In this document: piece after piece, positions 28,901-37,102 of the stretch
How the letters are laid out: each line of letters starts with the position of its first letter
How positions within the stretch are numbered: the stretch's first letter is position 1
Virus record (IMG/VR): IMGVR_UViG_3300042485_001768
DNA length: 64,000 nt
Direction: 5' to 3' (one strand)
Source of the DNA: a virus
Taxonomy: Duplodnaviria > Heunggongvirae > Uroviricota > Caudoviricetes
Made by a program: the position numbers and the translations under genes
The notes under the pieces: generated by a model
What the model saw: the letters and a program-made list of their open reading frames with translations, nothing else
The model's database searches: none
Told to the model about the DNA's origin: nothing

Positions 28901-31835
28901 TGATTCTTCAAATTCCCCATCTGTTGAACCATTTACTCAACTAAGATTCTCTCAACCAGTAAAAAATCTTTATCCACAACTAGATAGAGATAATATTACT
29001 TCTGACCCAGATCCAACAGTATCTTTTGCATTACCTTCTCCATTAGGATTAGTCGAAGTTAATAATCCAGAGAATTCTGTTACTAGAGAAAGTATTGTAA
29101 AGAGCATTAATGATTTTGCTGTAGGATTTGGATTGACTGATATCCAATCTGCTACTGGATTTGCACATACATTATATACTAGAATTGACCATGGATTAAA
29201 CAGAATTACTAGAGTTGGTATAGTAAGTGCTGGTGAAAATTATGGTTCTGGTTCTGGTTCTATTGAAACTCTTTATAATGCTAGGTTAGTAGGATTTGCT
29301 GGTTCAACAACTGGCAACTATGCAACTGCAAATATTAAAGTTGATGCTTTAGGTAGAATAACTGATGTTAGAATTGTTGATGGTGGTTCTGCGTATGGAA
29401 TTGGTAATACCCTTTCCGTGGTTGGTGTTGGTACAACATTAGGACATATTGTTGGTGTAGTATCTGTAACCCAAATTAATAATGATATTGGTAATGTAAT
29501 TTCTATAAGTGGACTATATGATAAAGTATTTGATACTTACAATAATCTTTATAGAATTACTGGAATTAACGTAGGGCAAACAAATCAAATTCAAGTTACT
29601 TCTTCTTCTGAAGTAGTTGCCCAATATCCATTTACTGGTTCTACTGCAATTGCTGGTGTTAATACTAATGGATTAAGTAAAATTAATGCAACTTTTTTAA
29701 ATACTGTCGAGTCTTATGTAACTGGCAATTCTCTTGGAATCACTTCATTTACTTATAACAACTCTACTGGAATTGCTAGTGTAACAACATTACAATCTCA
29801 TGGATTTGTAAATGGTACAAAGTTTAAAATTGGTGGATTTAATCAAAGTCTTTATAATGGTGATTTTATTACCACAAAAATTGTTGGATTAAATGATTTT
29901 GAATTTAATATTGGTATAGGTACAACTTCTCCAGTATCTTCTGGAATAGCATACATTTATATTCCAGGATTTGCCGCACAAGGTGGATTATTGGCTGCGG
30001 ATAATGAAGCAAATTCCAGTAGACTTGTTGCACAATATGCGGGTATTACAACTACTTTGGATGTTGCTTTAGTAGATCCAACAATCAATACATTGACAGT
30101 TACAAATGCATTAAACCGCAATTGGCAAGCTGGGGATTATATTATTGTAAACAAAGAAATAATGCGTATTAGTGAAACTGTCGTAATTGACACTGCAATA
30201 GATGTATTCCGTGGATTGTTTGGAACTTCAAAACAAGTACATCCTGCTGGATCTGTTGTTAGAAGAGTAAGATTTAAACCAATTGAATTTAGAAGAAACT
30301 CTATTCTACGTGCTTCTGGTCATACTTTTGAATATCTGGGTTATGGTCCAGGTAACTACTCTACAGCACTTCCAGAAAGACAAGATAGACAATTTATTGA
30401 TGTTGAAAGAGTCTTATCACAGTCTGTAAGTGATGATGGTGGAACTCCAATTTATAATGGATTGGACGATAATGGTAATACATATACAGTTAATAAACTA
30501 ACAAATGCTTCTACTGGTCAAGATTTATTAACTAAAGCACCAATCCCAACTGTCAGGGGTGAAGATATTACATCGAATACACAAGCAGTTGGATTTGATG
30601 TAGATTCCACTGATGATTTAACAGTTGCTAGAGGTTTAAAGGTTGAGGGTGGTTCTGAGTCTACTATTATTTCTGAATTTAACGGTCCCGTAATCTTTAC
30701 CGAAAAAATAACATCGACTTCTGAAGATGGTATTTTGGCATCATCGTTATTCCTTCAAGGAGAATCGACAACTTCTAGAAAATATACCGTAGGAATTGCT
30801 ACTCCACTATTATCTGGTAATGCTGGAGATATTGTTTATAAAGCAGATCCTAATGGCGGTGTTGCTGTTGGATGGGTTTATACTTTAGAGAATTCCTGGC
30901 AAGAATTTGGTCCTATTAAATCTGTAGGAACTGAAAGATATTGTGGTATCTTTAGTGGTGCATTTGTTGGTGATGGTTCTGGTCTTGATAATGTATCTGA
31001 TGTTTGGGTGTTCGATGGTATTGGTATCTCTACCACAAGAGCTGTTGGTATGGGAACAACTACATCTGTTCCAAGCGTTGCACTATATGTTGGTGGTAAT
31101 GCAATTTTTGCTGGTGTTACAACAATTAGAACAAATCAGCTAACATTTGATGTTCCAAATGGATTCCTCGTTAATACAGGTATAACAACCTTTAATCAGC
31201 AAGTTAATGTTAATACATTAAGAGCGATTGGTATTTCTACATTCCAAAATGACGTTATTATTACAACAAATCCAGCAACAACTGGAGATACTGCAGGTAA
31301 CTTCTTAAGATTTGTTCAATCTGATACCGCAATTACTTCTGCTTATCAATATGGGGGAATTAATTGGGAGGGTAATGATATTGGTAATACTGGAGTAAGA
31401 GGATACATTAGGGGTGTTGCCGAAGGTAGTACAGGACAGTTTGCTATTACATTTGGAACCCAACAGTCTGGTCCTTCCGCACCAATTGAACAATTAAGAA
31501 TTGCTTCTGATGGTAATATTACTGCTAGTGGAGAAATTACTGCACTATCTGATGAAAGATATAAGACAAATGTGAAGAATATTGATGACCCTCTCGCTAA
31601 AGTTTTACAACTTCGTGGTGTAGAATATGATAGAATCGATAAAGAACAACATACTATTGGACTTATTGCTCAAGAAGTAGAAAAAGTTCTTCCTGAATTG
31701 GTTCACGAAAATCATGAGGGAGTAAAATCAGTTGCATATCAAAACATGGTTGCACTTCTAATTGAGGCAATTAAAGAGCAACAAAAACAAATTAGTGATT
31801 TGAAAGAAGAGGTTGACAAATTGAAGAATGTTTAG
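25998..31835 (+). CDS. giant tail fibre / tail spike protein (1945 aa) with C-terminal intramolecular chaperone (peptidase S74-type) domain
   Basis: C-terminus ...ALSDERYKTNVKNIDDPLAKVLQLRGVEYDRID...GLIAQEVEKVLPELV matches the auto-cleaving chaperone domain, with the Ser-Lys dyad in SDERYK (Ser codon ~31548). The rest is Thr/Ser/Gly/Asn-rich and beta-rich. Confidence 0.75.
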   Translation: MGLSRLDNFLKNSRGDIIYVDPSSIDSTDSIENQGNSLVRPFKTIQRALIEAARFSYQRGLDNDRFGRTTIIVYPGEHLIDNRPGWIPIHDNPVAGNNWLTRGGAVSNEFPEFNLNSNFDINNDTNDLYKMNSVFGGIIIPRGTSIVGMDLRKTKIRAKFIPNPEDDTIDRTSIFRVTGSCYFYQFTFFDADPNSVVFKDYGPTKFVPNFSHHKLTCFEYADGVNPVIFDDQYITYKTTKTDLDLYYDKIALAYGSSSGRLISPDFPTDGVDVQTKIDEYRIVGSKGQNVGITSIKAGDGVVSSTTITVDIEEPIGGLDVDTPIRIEGVPTAGYNGQYVVSTSESPTRITYKTSSSPANPLPTIVSGTPTLNIVVDTVTSASPYIFNCSLRSVFGMCGLHADGSKADGFKSMVVAQFTGIGLQKDDNAFLKYNTTSGVYEDKTAVSNIHTNSSAVYKPEYENFHIKASNDAFLQLVSVFAIGYANHFLAESGGDHSITNSNSNFGAKSLVARGFKKEAFSRDDTGFITHIIPPQEIQSEDINVEYTSIDVETTVGIGSTTRLYLYNETDLDNPPLSVVDGYRIGSKINDELKVLLNINGQSTTKTSKIIMPNTQSTGIYESSSYKEAVVGRTNIGINSISSNTFTLTAPHQFIQGESLRVFSSDGELPDGLNHNQVYYAITAGINSDQIKLSQTFNDTITEDAVTVNNKGGILTIESRVSDKKSGDIGHPIQFDSNIGQWYLTVSGISSYNQIYSSVVGLGTTTLGRTTPRTFITRKSDTRSLIDKIYKVRYVIPKDSAVIARPPRDGFVIQESNTTIGATQEEIGKYNSVDAVILNNSSELRNYRFISNAVWDSVGIATLTTEVPHELSVGSLIQINNIKSGFNTTGVGNSGFNGEYFVTSKLSRREFTIGLTTNPGLFQSDTSIRDVELPYYKRVRFNNTFVVYKSEEIQQYVPNTKDGVYHLTIIDSSNSPSVEPFTQLRFSQPVKNLYPQLDRDNITSDPDPTVSFALPSPLGLVEVNNPENSVTRESIVKSINDFAVGFGLTDIQSATGFAHTLYTRIDHGLNRITRVGIVSAGENYGSGSGSIETLYNARLVGFAGSTTGNYATANIKVDALGRITDVRIVDGGSAYGIGNTLSVVGVGTTLGHIVGVVSVTQINNDIGNVISISGLYDKVFDTYNNLYRITGINVGQTNQIQVTSSSEVVAQYPFTGSTAIAGVNTNGLSKINATFLNTVESYVTGNSLGITSFTYNNSTGIASVTTLQSHGFVNGTKFKIGGFNQSLYNGDFITTKIVGLNDFEFNIGIGTTSPVSSGIAYIYIPGFAAQGGLLAADNEANSSRLVAQYAGITTTLDVALVDPTINTLTVTNALNRNWQAGDYIIVNKEIMRISETVVIDTAIDVFRGLFGTSKQVHPAGSVVRRVRFKPIEFRRNSILRASGHTFEYLGYGPGNYSTALPERQDRQFIDVERVLSQSVSDDGGTPIYNGLDDNGNTYTVNKLTNASTGQDLLTKAPIPTVRGEDITSNTQAVGFDVDSTDDLTVARGLKVEGGSESTIISEFNGPVIFTEKITSTSEDGILASSLFLQGESTTSRKYTVGIATPLLSGNAGDIVYKADPNGGVAVGWVYTLENSWQEFGPIKSVGTERYCGIFSGAFVGDGSGLDNVSDVWVFDGIGISTTRAVGMGTTTSVPSVALYVGGNAIFAGVTTIRTNQLTFDVPNGFLVNTGITTFNQQVNVNTLRAIGISTFQNDVIITTNPATTGDTAGNFLRFVQSDTAITSAYQYGGINWEGNDIGNTGVRGYIRGVAEGSTGQFAITFGTQQSGPSAPIEQLRIASDGNITASGEITALSDERYKTNVKNIDDPLAKVLQLRGVEYDRIDKEQHTIGLIAQEVEKVLPELVHENHEGVKSVAYQNMVALLIEAIKEQQKQISDLKEEVDKLKNV

Positions 31836-31863
31836 TAAGATTTGACCATAACTATATGGTATT

Positions 31864-32703
31864 ATGAATTTTACTATATTATCAAATCCTCCATATCAAG
31901 ACAATAATAAAGCAAAAAATAATAAACTTTGGTATAAATTTATTGAGTTAGATATTAATCTTCTTCAGACTGGCGGAACTATGGCAAAAGTTACGCCAGC
32001 ATCTTTCATTGGAACAACGGGATTCGGTAAAAAGTTTTTTCAAAAATGTCAAACAATTTATAATTTGATTCAGATTGACTATACTTCTGATAAGTATTTC
32101 ACTGAAGGAGTATCAATTTGCTCTTGGATTTTAAAAAAAGAACCATATAAAGGAACTACAAAAGTCATACATGAGACTGGAATTTATTATTTGGATTTGA
32201 GGGATGGTCTTCCTTTATTTGGTGAAGAAAAAATATTGCATTCTATTTTTAACAAAATAGCAAACTCAAATCATCCAAGAATACCTCTTAAGATTGGTCA
32301 GGATATTCCAAATGATGAATATTGTGATGATGGAAAATATGAGGTTTATGCCTCTGGTAAAAATATTAAAAGAACTAATGTTGTTCCAACAACTGGAGAT
32401 TTATTGAAGTTTGTAGTTCCATACTCGTGCTCATATTCTGGTAGATTTATCACAAATGGATATGTTGGTATGTTAAACTCGTGGTGCCATATTAAAAATG
32501 AAGAGGAGGGAGACCTGCTATCAAAAATTTTTGATGTTCCTCTAATACAATTGTTTGTTGAAAATTATAAAACTACTGCTGGATTTGCTGCAGCAGTTAA
32601 AAATGCAGAAGTTCCTCTTTTAAAGAATTTTGAAAATGTGCATGAACAATTTGATTTTACACCTGAAGAACTTGAGTATTTAAAAGATAAAAATGTCATC
32701 TAA
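31864..32703 (+). CDS. beta-class amino DNA methyltransferase, N-terminal part (motif IV NPPY + TRD-like region); frame-disrupted or split gene
   Basis: 279 aa beginning MNFTILSNPPYQ (motif IV). No AdoMet-binding motif I in this ORF. Overlaps the next ORF by 11 nt in a different frame. Confidence 0.55.
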   Translation: MNFTILSNPPYQDNNKAKNNKLWYKFIELDINLLQTGGTMAKVTPASFIGTTGFGKKFFQKCQTIYNLIQIDYTSDKYFTEGVSICSWILKKEPYKGTTKVIHETGIYYLDLRDGLPLFGEEKILHSIFNKIANSNHPRIPLKIGQDIPNDEYCDDGKYEVYASGKNIKRTNVVPTTGDLLKFVVPYSCSYSGRFITNGYVGMLNSWCHIKNEEEGDLLSKIFDVPLIQLFVENYKTTAGFAAAVKNAEVPLLKNFENVHEQFDFTPEELEYLKDKNVI

Positions 32704-33112
32704 TAAAAATAAGCATAATGAGTCTTTGGGGTCTAAAGTTGAAAGATCCGACCAAAGAATTTCAGAGACTGGTGAAGTTTTTACTCCACCAGATTTAGTT
32801 AATGAGTTGATTGAGTGTATCGATGAAGATTTATTTAAAAATCCCAATTCAAAATTTCTTGATAACTCTGCTGGAAATGGAAATTTTATATTTGAATTAA
32901 AAACCAAATTATGTAAATATCATGATGAAGATTATGTGTTAAACAATATGCTATATGCTGTTGAATTGATGGAAGATAATCATAAAGAATTGTGTAAACG
33001 ATTGGGGGTTCCTACAACACATCCACATTATGTTTGTGCGGATGCCCTTGAATATCACTATCGATTTGATGGTACAATAGGTCATCCTACCTTAGACCAA
33101 TTTTTTAACTGA
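32693..33112 (+). CDS. beta-class amino DNA methyltransferase, C-terminal part (motifs X, I, II, III)
   Basis: 139 aa. GEVFTPPDLV (motif X), FLDNSAGNGNFIFEL (motif I), LYAVELMEDN (motif II), YVCADAL (motif III). The IV...X-I-II-III order across the two ORFs equals the beta-class arrangement. Confidence 0.55.
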   Translation: MSSNKNKHNESLGSKVERSDQRISETGEVFTPPDLVNELIECIDEDLFKNPNSKFLDNSAGNGNFIFELKTKLCKYHDEDYVLNNMLYAVELMEDNHKELCKRLGVPTTHPHYVCADALEYHYRFDGTIGHPTLDQFFN

Positions 33113-33140
33113 CCACCTGCACCACCCGTGCGGGTAAATT

Positions 33141-34403
33141 TTGCTGTATAATAATTTTATTGACATGACACCCATGAAACTCCGAACTCATCAGTCCGAA
33201 GCACTCTCCATCATGAGCAATACCCCCAAAGGTACTATTGTGGTTCCTACTGGCGGTGGCAAGTCCCTGATTGCCATTATGGATGCTGTGCGTCAGTTTG
33301 AGCAAGGAAACAAAACCATTGTGGTGGTTGCTCCTCGTCTCATGCTTGCACGTCAGTTGTCTGCTGAGTTTACAGAGCACATTACCAATGCTTCTGTGAT
33401 GCATGTTCACTCTGGTAATGATCTTCCTTATTTTACTACTACAAAACCCAAAGAGATCTTCTCTTGGTGCTATCGCACTAATGGTAATAAGTTGATTTTT
33501 ACTACTTATCAATCTTTGTATCGTATTGAGCAGGCAGATATTGTAGTTGATACAATCTATTATGATGAAGCACACAACTCGGTCAAAAAGAGTTTTTACC
33601 CTACCGTCAAGCATTTCTCTTCTAATGCTAACCGCAGTTATTTCTTCACTGCTACTCCTAAGTATTCTGCTACTGCTTCCAAACCTGGAATGAACGATGT
33701 GGAAGTTTATGGTGGAATCATTTACAATGTTGCTGCTACACGCCTCGTCAACAACGGTTCTATTCTTCCCCCTAAGATTAACGCAATTAATATCGGTGGT
33801 ATCCGTCTGAAGGGCGAGGAGGCAGCAGAGAGGGACTGTATGACCCTTCTGGATACCCTGTACAATGAAGAGCACATGGAGAAGGTTTTGATTGCTGCTC
33901 CTAACACTAAAGTGATGATCCGTATGCTTGCAGAGACTGATTTCTTGAAAGAAGTTCAGTCTATGGGTTATGACCTTCTTTGGATTACCAGCAAGCATGG
34001 TTCGTTCCTTAACGACAAAAAGATTTCCCGTGAGGAATTCTTTAATCTTGTTCGTGAGTTTGGTGCAGACCCTGACAAAAAGTTCATTGTTCTTCACTAT
34101 TCCATTCTCAGCGAAGGAATCTCTGTTCCTGGTCTGACTTCTTTGATTCTCATGCGTCAGATGAATGTGATTGAAATGTGTCAGTCTGTTGGTCGCGTCA
34201 TTCGTCTTCATCTTGATGATGTGAAGCGTATTCAAGAAGGAACTCTTGTTCCTGGTAAACTTCAGGATTACACTAAATCTTTTGGTTTAGTTCATGTTCC
34301 TGTCTACAACAATGTTGGAATTGCTACTGTGAAGCGTCTCCAAAGTATTGTTGATACTGTATTTGTTCAAGGTCAACCTGCAATCTCTACTATTAAACGA
34401 TGA
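33141..34403 (+). CDS. uvsW: UvsW-like SF2 DNA helicase
   Basis: 420 aa. Walker A VVPTGGGKSL, motif II YYDEAHNS, motif III FTATP. The C-terminal block HYSILSEGISVPGLTSLILMRQ...QSVGRVIRLH parallels T4 UvsW (SYGVFSTGISVKNL..LQTIGRVLRKH). Visibly higher GC than flanking DNA. Confidence 0.7.
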   Translation: MLYNNFIDMTPMKLRTHQSEALSIMSNTPKGTIVVPTGGGKSLIAIMDAVRQFEQGNKTIVVVAPRLMLARQLSAEFTEHITNASVMHVHSGNDLPYFTTTKPKEIFSWCYRTNGNKLIFTTYQSLYRIEQADIVVDTIYYDEAHNSVKKSFYPTVKHFSSNANRSYFFTATPKYSATASKPGMNDVEVYGGIIYNVAATRLVNNGSILPPKINAINIGGIRLKGEEAAERDCMTLLDTLYNEEHMEKVLIAAPNTKVMIRMLAETDFLKEVQSMGYDLLWITSKHGSFLNDKKISREEFFNLVREFGADPDKKFIVLHYSILSEGISVPGLTSLILMRQMNVIEMCQSVGRVIRLHLDDVKRIQEGTLVPGKLQDYTKSFGLVHVPVYNNVGIATVKRLQSIVDTVFVQGQPAISTIKR

Positions 34404-34573
34404 AAGAAGGATTTATTACAAAGGATGGATATGCCGCAGTTCCTTTCGGCAATCAACTCATGGTTATTTACAATGGACAGCAGTTGAAAGTTTGTAGAAC
34501 TGAAAATTCTGCTAGAAAGTTTATTAAAGACCATTCATCTCAACCAAAGTCTGGAACTGTTTTTATTAATTGA
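34400..34573 (+). CDS. small conserved protein downstream of uvsW (UvsW.1-like position)
   Basis: 57-aa hand-translated ORF (MKEGFITKDGYAAVPFGNQLMVIYNGQQLKVCRTE...) whose ATG overlaps the uvsW stop (ATGA). Confidence 0.3.
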   Translation: MKEGFITKDGYAAVPFGNQLMVIYNGQQLKVCRTENSARKFIKDHSSQPKSGTVFIN

Positions 34574-34576
34574 ATT

Positions 34577-34771
34577 ATGAAATCTAAATTTATTTGCGTC
34601 TCTCCCATCACAGATAAGGCAAAAGAAAACTTTTCAACTATAATGAATTCTTTTCATTCTTGTCGAGTAAAACAAGAAAAAAAAGACATGATTTATCTTG
34701 AGTCTCTCAATAAAATGTATTATTTTTGGGTAAATAAAAGTAAAGACCCTAACTGGAAAATTGAAAAATAA
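34577..34771 (+). CDS. hypothetical small protein
   Basis: 64 aa ORF, tightly packed. Confidence 0.3.
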   Translation: MKSKFICVSPITDKAKENFSTIMNSFHSCRVKQEKKDMIYLESLNKMYYFWVNKSKDPNWKIEK

Positions 34772-35258
34772 TATGTGGAAGATAAAATATCTTGAACATG
34801 GTTATGCAGATTATTTTGACAAATGGTTACCATTTTTTAAATATAAATCTGATTTAGTTCAAGATAATACGAACAATTGTTTATCTAAAAATTGCTTTGC
34901 AACAAAAAATCTGTTAAAATTTGTGGGCGATAATGAATTTTTAGATATTATTGAAGAGTTAAAGTCTATTTGTGAGAAATGTGTAAATAAAGAACTAGAA
35001 TACTTTTATTTGCATATGATTGATTATGAAAATGGAGGTGAAATGTCATCCCACAAACATGATCATAATGAAGACTATAGTTTTATTCTTTATCTTAATT
35101 CTTGTGAAGATGGGGATACCCTTCTTCATCTTGATCCTGAAATAAAAATAAAACCAGTTAAAGATAAAATGGTGTTATTTTCTTCAGATATTGTTCATTC
35201 TGCTATTTTTTCTAATAAAAAAAGAATTCTTGTTGGAGGATTAAAACTATGTCTTTAA
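34761..35258 (+). CDS. 2OG-Fe(II) oxygenase superfamily protein
   Basis: 165 aa. SSHKHDHNEDYSFILYLN (HxD) and a downstream DIVHSAIF His fit the double-stranded beta-helix facial triad. Confidence 0.45.
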   Translation: MKNNMWKIKYLEHGYADYFDKWLPFFKYKSDLVQDNTNNCLSKNCFATKNLLKFVGDNEFLDIIEELKSICEKCVNKELEYFYLHMIDYENGGEMSSHKHDHNEDYSFILYLNSCEDGDTLLHLDPEIKIKPVKDKMVLFSSDIVHSAIFSNKKRILVGGLKLCL

Positions 35259-35818
35259 ATCGTTCTTTTGAAATTCTTCATTTTTCCTATCGACATTGGC
35301 CTTCTTATCATGAACAGGGTTGTTATAATCTTAACCTTGTTTTTCGTGCGTCTGATGAAGATGATGAATATTACAGCACTAAAGATAGATTTATGTATGA
35401 AGCTGAAGAGTGGCATAAATCTGAAATTGTTCAAGACCTTGAGTTAGAACAAAAATATGTTATGGGACTTAATGTTTTAGACGCAAGAACGGGTAAAGAC
35501 CTATTAGATGGGTGGAAGGAAGAGAAAGAAAAAGAGGATTTTGATGAGAACGAACTTATTCCAATTGATATTGTGAATAAGGATGGTATAGAAAGAGAAG
35601 ATGTTTATATCAAAGGATATCAAAGAAACGAAACTATGATGCTTAATTATATTGAAAAGTTTGATGTATTTCGTTTCTATGAATTTTTTGAAATTAATCC
35701 AGCAACTAAAGGTATTATTGAGTATATTGAGGATTTGAAAAAAATGGAGAATACAGATCCATATTATGCTGGTCAATTTCTCAGGGCACTTAAATCTTTA
35801 GAACTTTGGTGGGATTAG
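35249..35818 (+). CDS. hypothetical protein
   Basis: 189 aa acidic ORF. Confidence 0.4.
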   Translation: MSLNRSFEILHFSYRHWPSYHEQGCYNLNLVFRASDEDDEYYSTKDRFMYEAEEWHKSEIVQDLELEQKYVMGLNVLDARTGKDLLDGWKEEKEKEDFDENELIPIDIVNKDGIEREDVYIKGYQRNETMMLNYIEKFDVFRFYEFFEINPATKGIIEYIEDLKKMENTDPYYAGQFLRALKSLELWWD

Positions 35819-35848
35819 TCAAATATATAATAAAGATGTTATTTTATA

Positions 35849-36094
35849 ATGTTAACTCAATTACAATTAATCTTTCTTACTATATTTGCACTTGTTGCCT
35901 ATGCTATGGTAACAGATCCAAATATAGTAAGATTTTTTGATATTTGCATTAAATTGTTTAAAATAAATATCGAAAGATTAATTTGGATGATAAGATTTCA
36001 TCCTTTAGTTACTACTAATCCTGTGAGTCAATGGTTAATGATGCGTAAGTATATGAAGCAGGTGGAAGAAATGCAAAAAGATTTAAATAAGTGA
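35849..36094 (+). CDS. small membrane protein
   Basis: 81 aa with an N-terminal hydrophobic helix (LQLIFLTIFALVAYAMV). Confidence 0.35.
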   Translation: MLTQLQLIFLTIFALVAYAMVTDPNIVRFFDICIKLFKINIERLIWMIRFHPLVTTNPVSQWLMMRKYMKQVEEMQKDLNK

Positions 36095-36100
36095 TTTTAT

Positions 36101-36817
36101 ATGGAAGAAGATTTAAGAACTAAACATGCAGACATTTTAAAAGATCCAGAGGGTCCTTTGAATCATTATAATGTCATATATCCAGATGACCCTAGAACAG
36201 AAAATTATTTTGATTTCTGTGGGAATACCATCTATAGGGCATATAATGTATTGAGTTTGGAAGATAGGCAAGGACTATTGGAAGAAATTGATGATGAATT
36301 ATCTAAAAATCCTAATTGGGATTTATCTGTAGAAGCTACTAAAGAACTTAGTATTAGAAAATTAAAAAATAAAGAGTGTTGGGTTAACTTCTTTAAGATG
36401 GTAAAACATCATTTGTATAATTATGCAAAAGTAACAAATAATCCAAAAATTTTAGAATTAAAAATTCAATCTTATTGGGCGAAGAGATTGAGAGATGTCT
36501 CTGAAGAAAAATATGCAGAAGAATTGTATATAAACTACGGAAACACCCACAGTCATCAGCATTTTGATCTGGGATTAATTTTTTACCTACAAAATCCCTC
36601 AAGAATTTATGGAACAATAATTGAAAATGATGGGAGGGAAGTTATAATTCCTGGGGATGAAAATTCTTTACTGTTACATCATTCTGCGGTGAATCATCAA
36701 CCAGCACATCCACCTCCGATGGTTGCAAAAGATTATTATAGATGTGTCATTGTTGCAGATTTTATGTATCCAGATAAAGATAAAAAAATGAGAATCGCAG
36801 ATGACAGAAAAAGATAA
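36101..36817 (+). CDS. 2OG-Fe(II) oxygenase-like protein
   Basis: 238 aa. HSHQHFDLGLIFYLQN and LLLHHSAVNH suggest a HxD...H metal site. Confidence 0.4.
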   Translation: MEEDLRTKHADILKDPEGPLNHYNVIYPDDPRTENYFDFCGNTIYRAYNVLSLEDRQGLLEEIDDELSKNPNWDLSVEATKELSIRKLKNKECWVNFFKMVKHHLYNYAKVTNNPKILELKIQSYWAKRLRDVSEEKYAEELYINYGNTHSHQHFDLGLIFYLQNPSRIYGTIIENDGREVIIPGDENSLLLHHSAVNHQPAHPPPMVAKDYYRCVIVADFMYPDKDKKMRIADDRKR

Positions 36818-37034
36818 AAAAATCTATAAAAATATTTTTAAAAAAATATTAGATAATAAAAAAGATTCCATGACCTATGAAGAAGGAACATGGTTAATGG
36901 AAAGACCCGAATTGATGGATTTGGCAAAAAAATTAAATGCCAAAGTGAAAATAATGGCTAGATTTCCAGAGTATAAAAATACAATAGAAGAAATACTTTT
37001 TATTCTTGACTTATCTGACAGGTTTTTAAGATAA
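36801..37034 (+). CDS. hypothetical small protein
   Basis: 77 aa ORF. Confidence 0.3.
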   Translation: MTEKDKKIYKNIFKKILDNKKDSMTYEEGTWLMERPELMDLAKKLNAKVKIMARFPEYKNTIEEILFILDLSDRFLR

Positions 37035-37102
37035 GAACAACTTATATGGGGTTGTTTTTTAATCGATCTTTTGCTATCATAGGCAAATAACAAAGCAGAG
37101 TT

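Noticed and set aside
33113-33140. ACCCGTGCGGGT + AAATTTTGCTG after the methyltransferase fragment as a terminator
   Set aside because: Only a 4-bp stem with a 4-nt loop can form and the U-tract is weak. Insufficient for a confident terminator call.
33105-34235. 376-aa ORF on the minus strand covering the uvsW region
   Set aside because: Antisense to a helicase ORF with unambiguous Walker A, DEAH and C-terminal UvsW motifs. Its translation is low-complexity (His/Asn/Arg/Thr-rich) with no motifs. Judged a spurious shadow ORF.
33141-34403. Helicase next to a methyltransferase, considered as a Type III/Type I-like restriction subunit
   Set aside because: The protein is only 420 aa, lacks any nuclease domain, and its C-terminal block parallels T4 UvsW. 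A UvsW.1-like mini-ORF follows as in T4. Called uvsW rather than a Res subunit.
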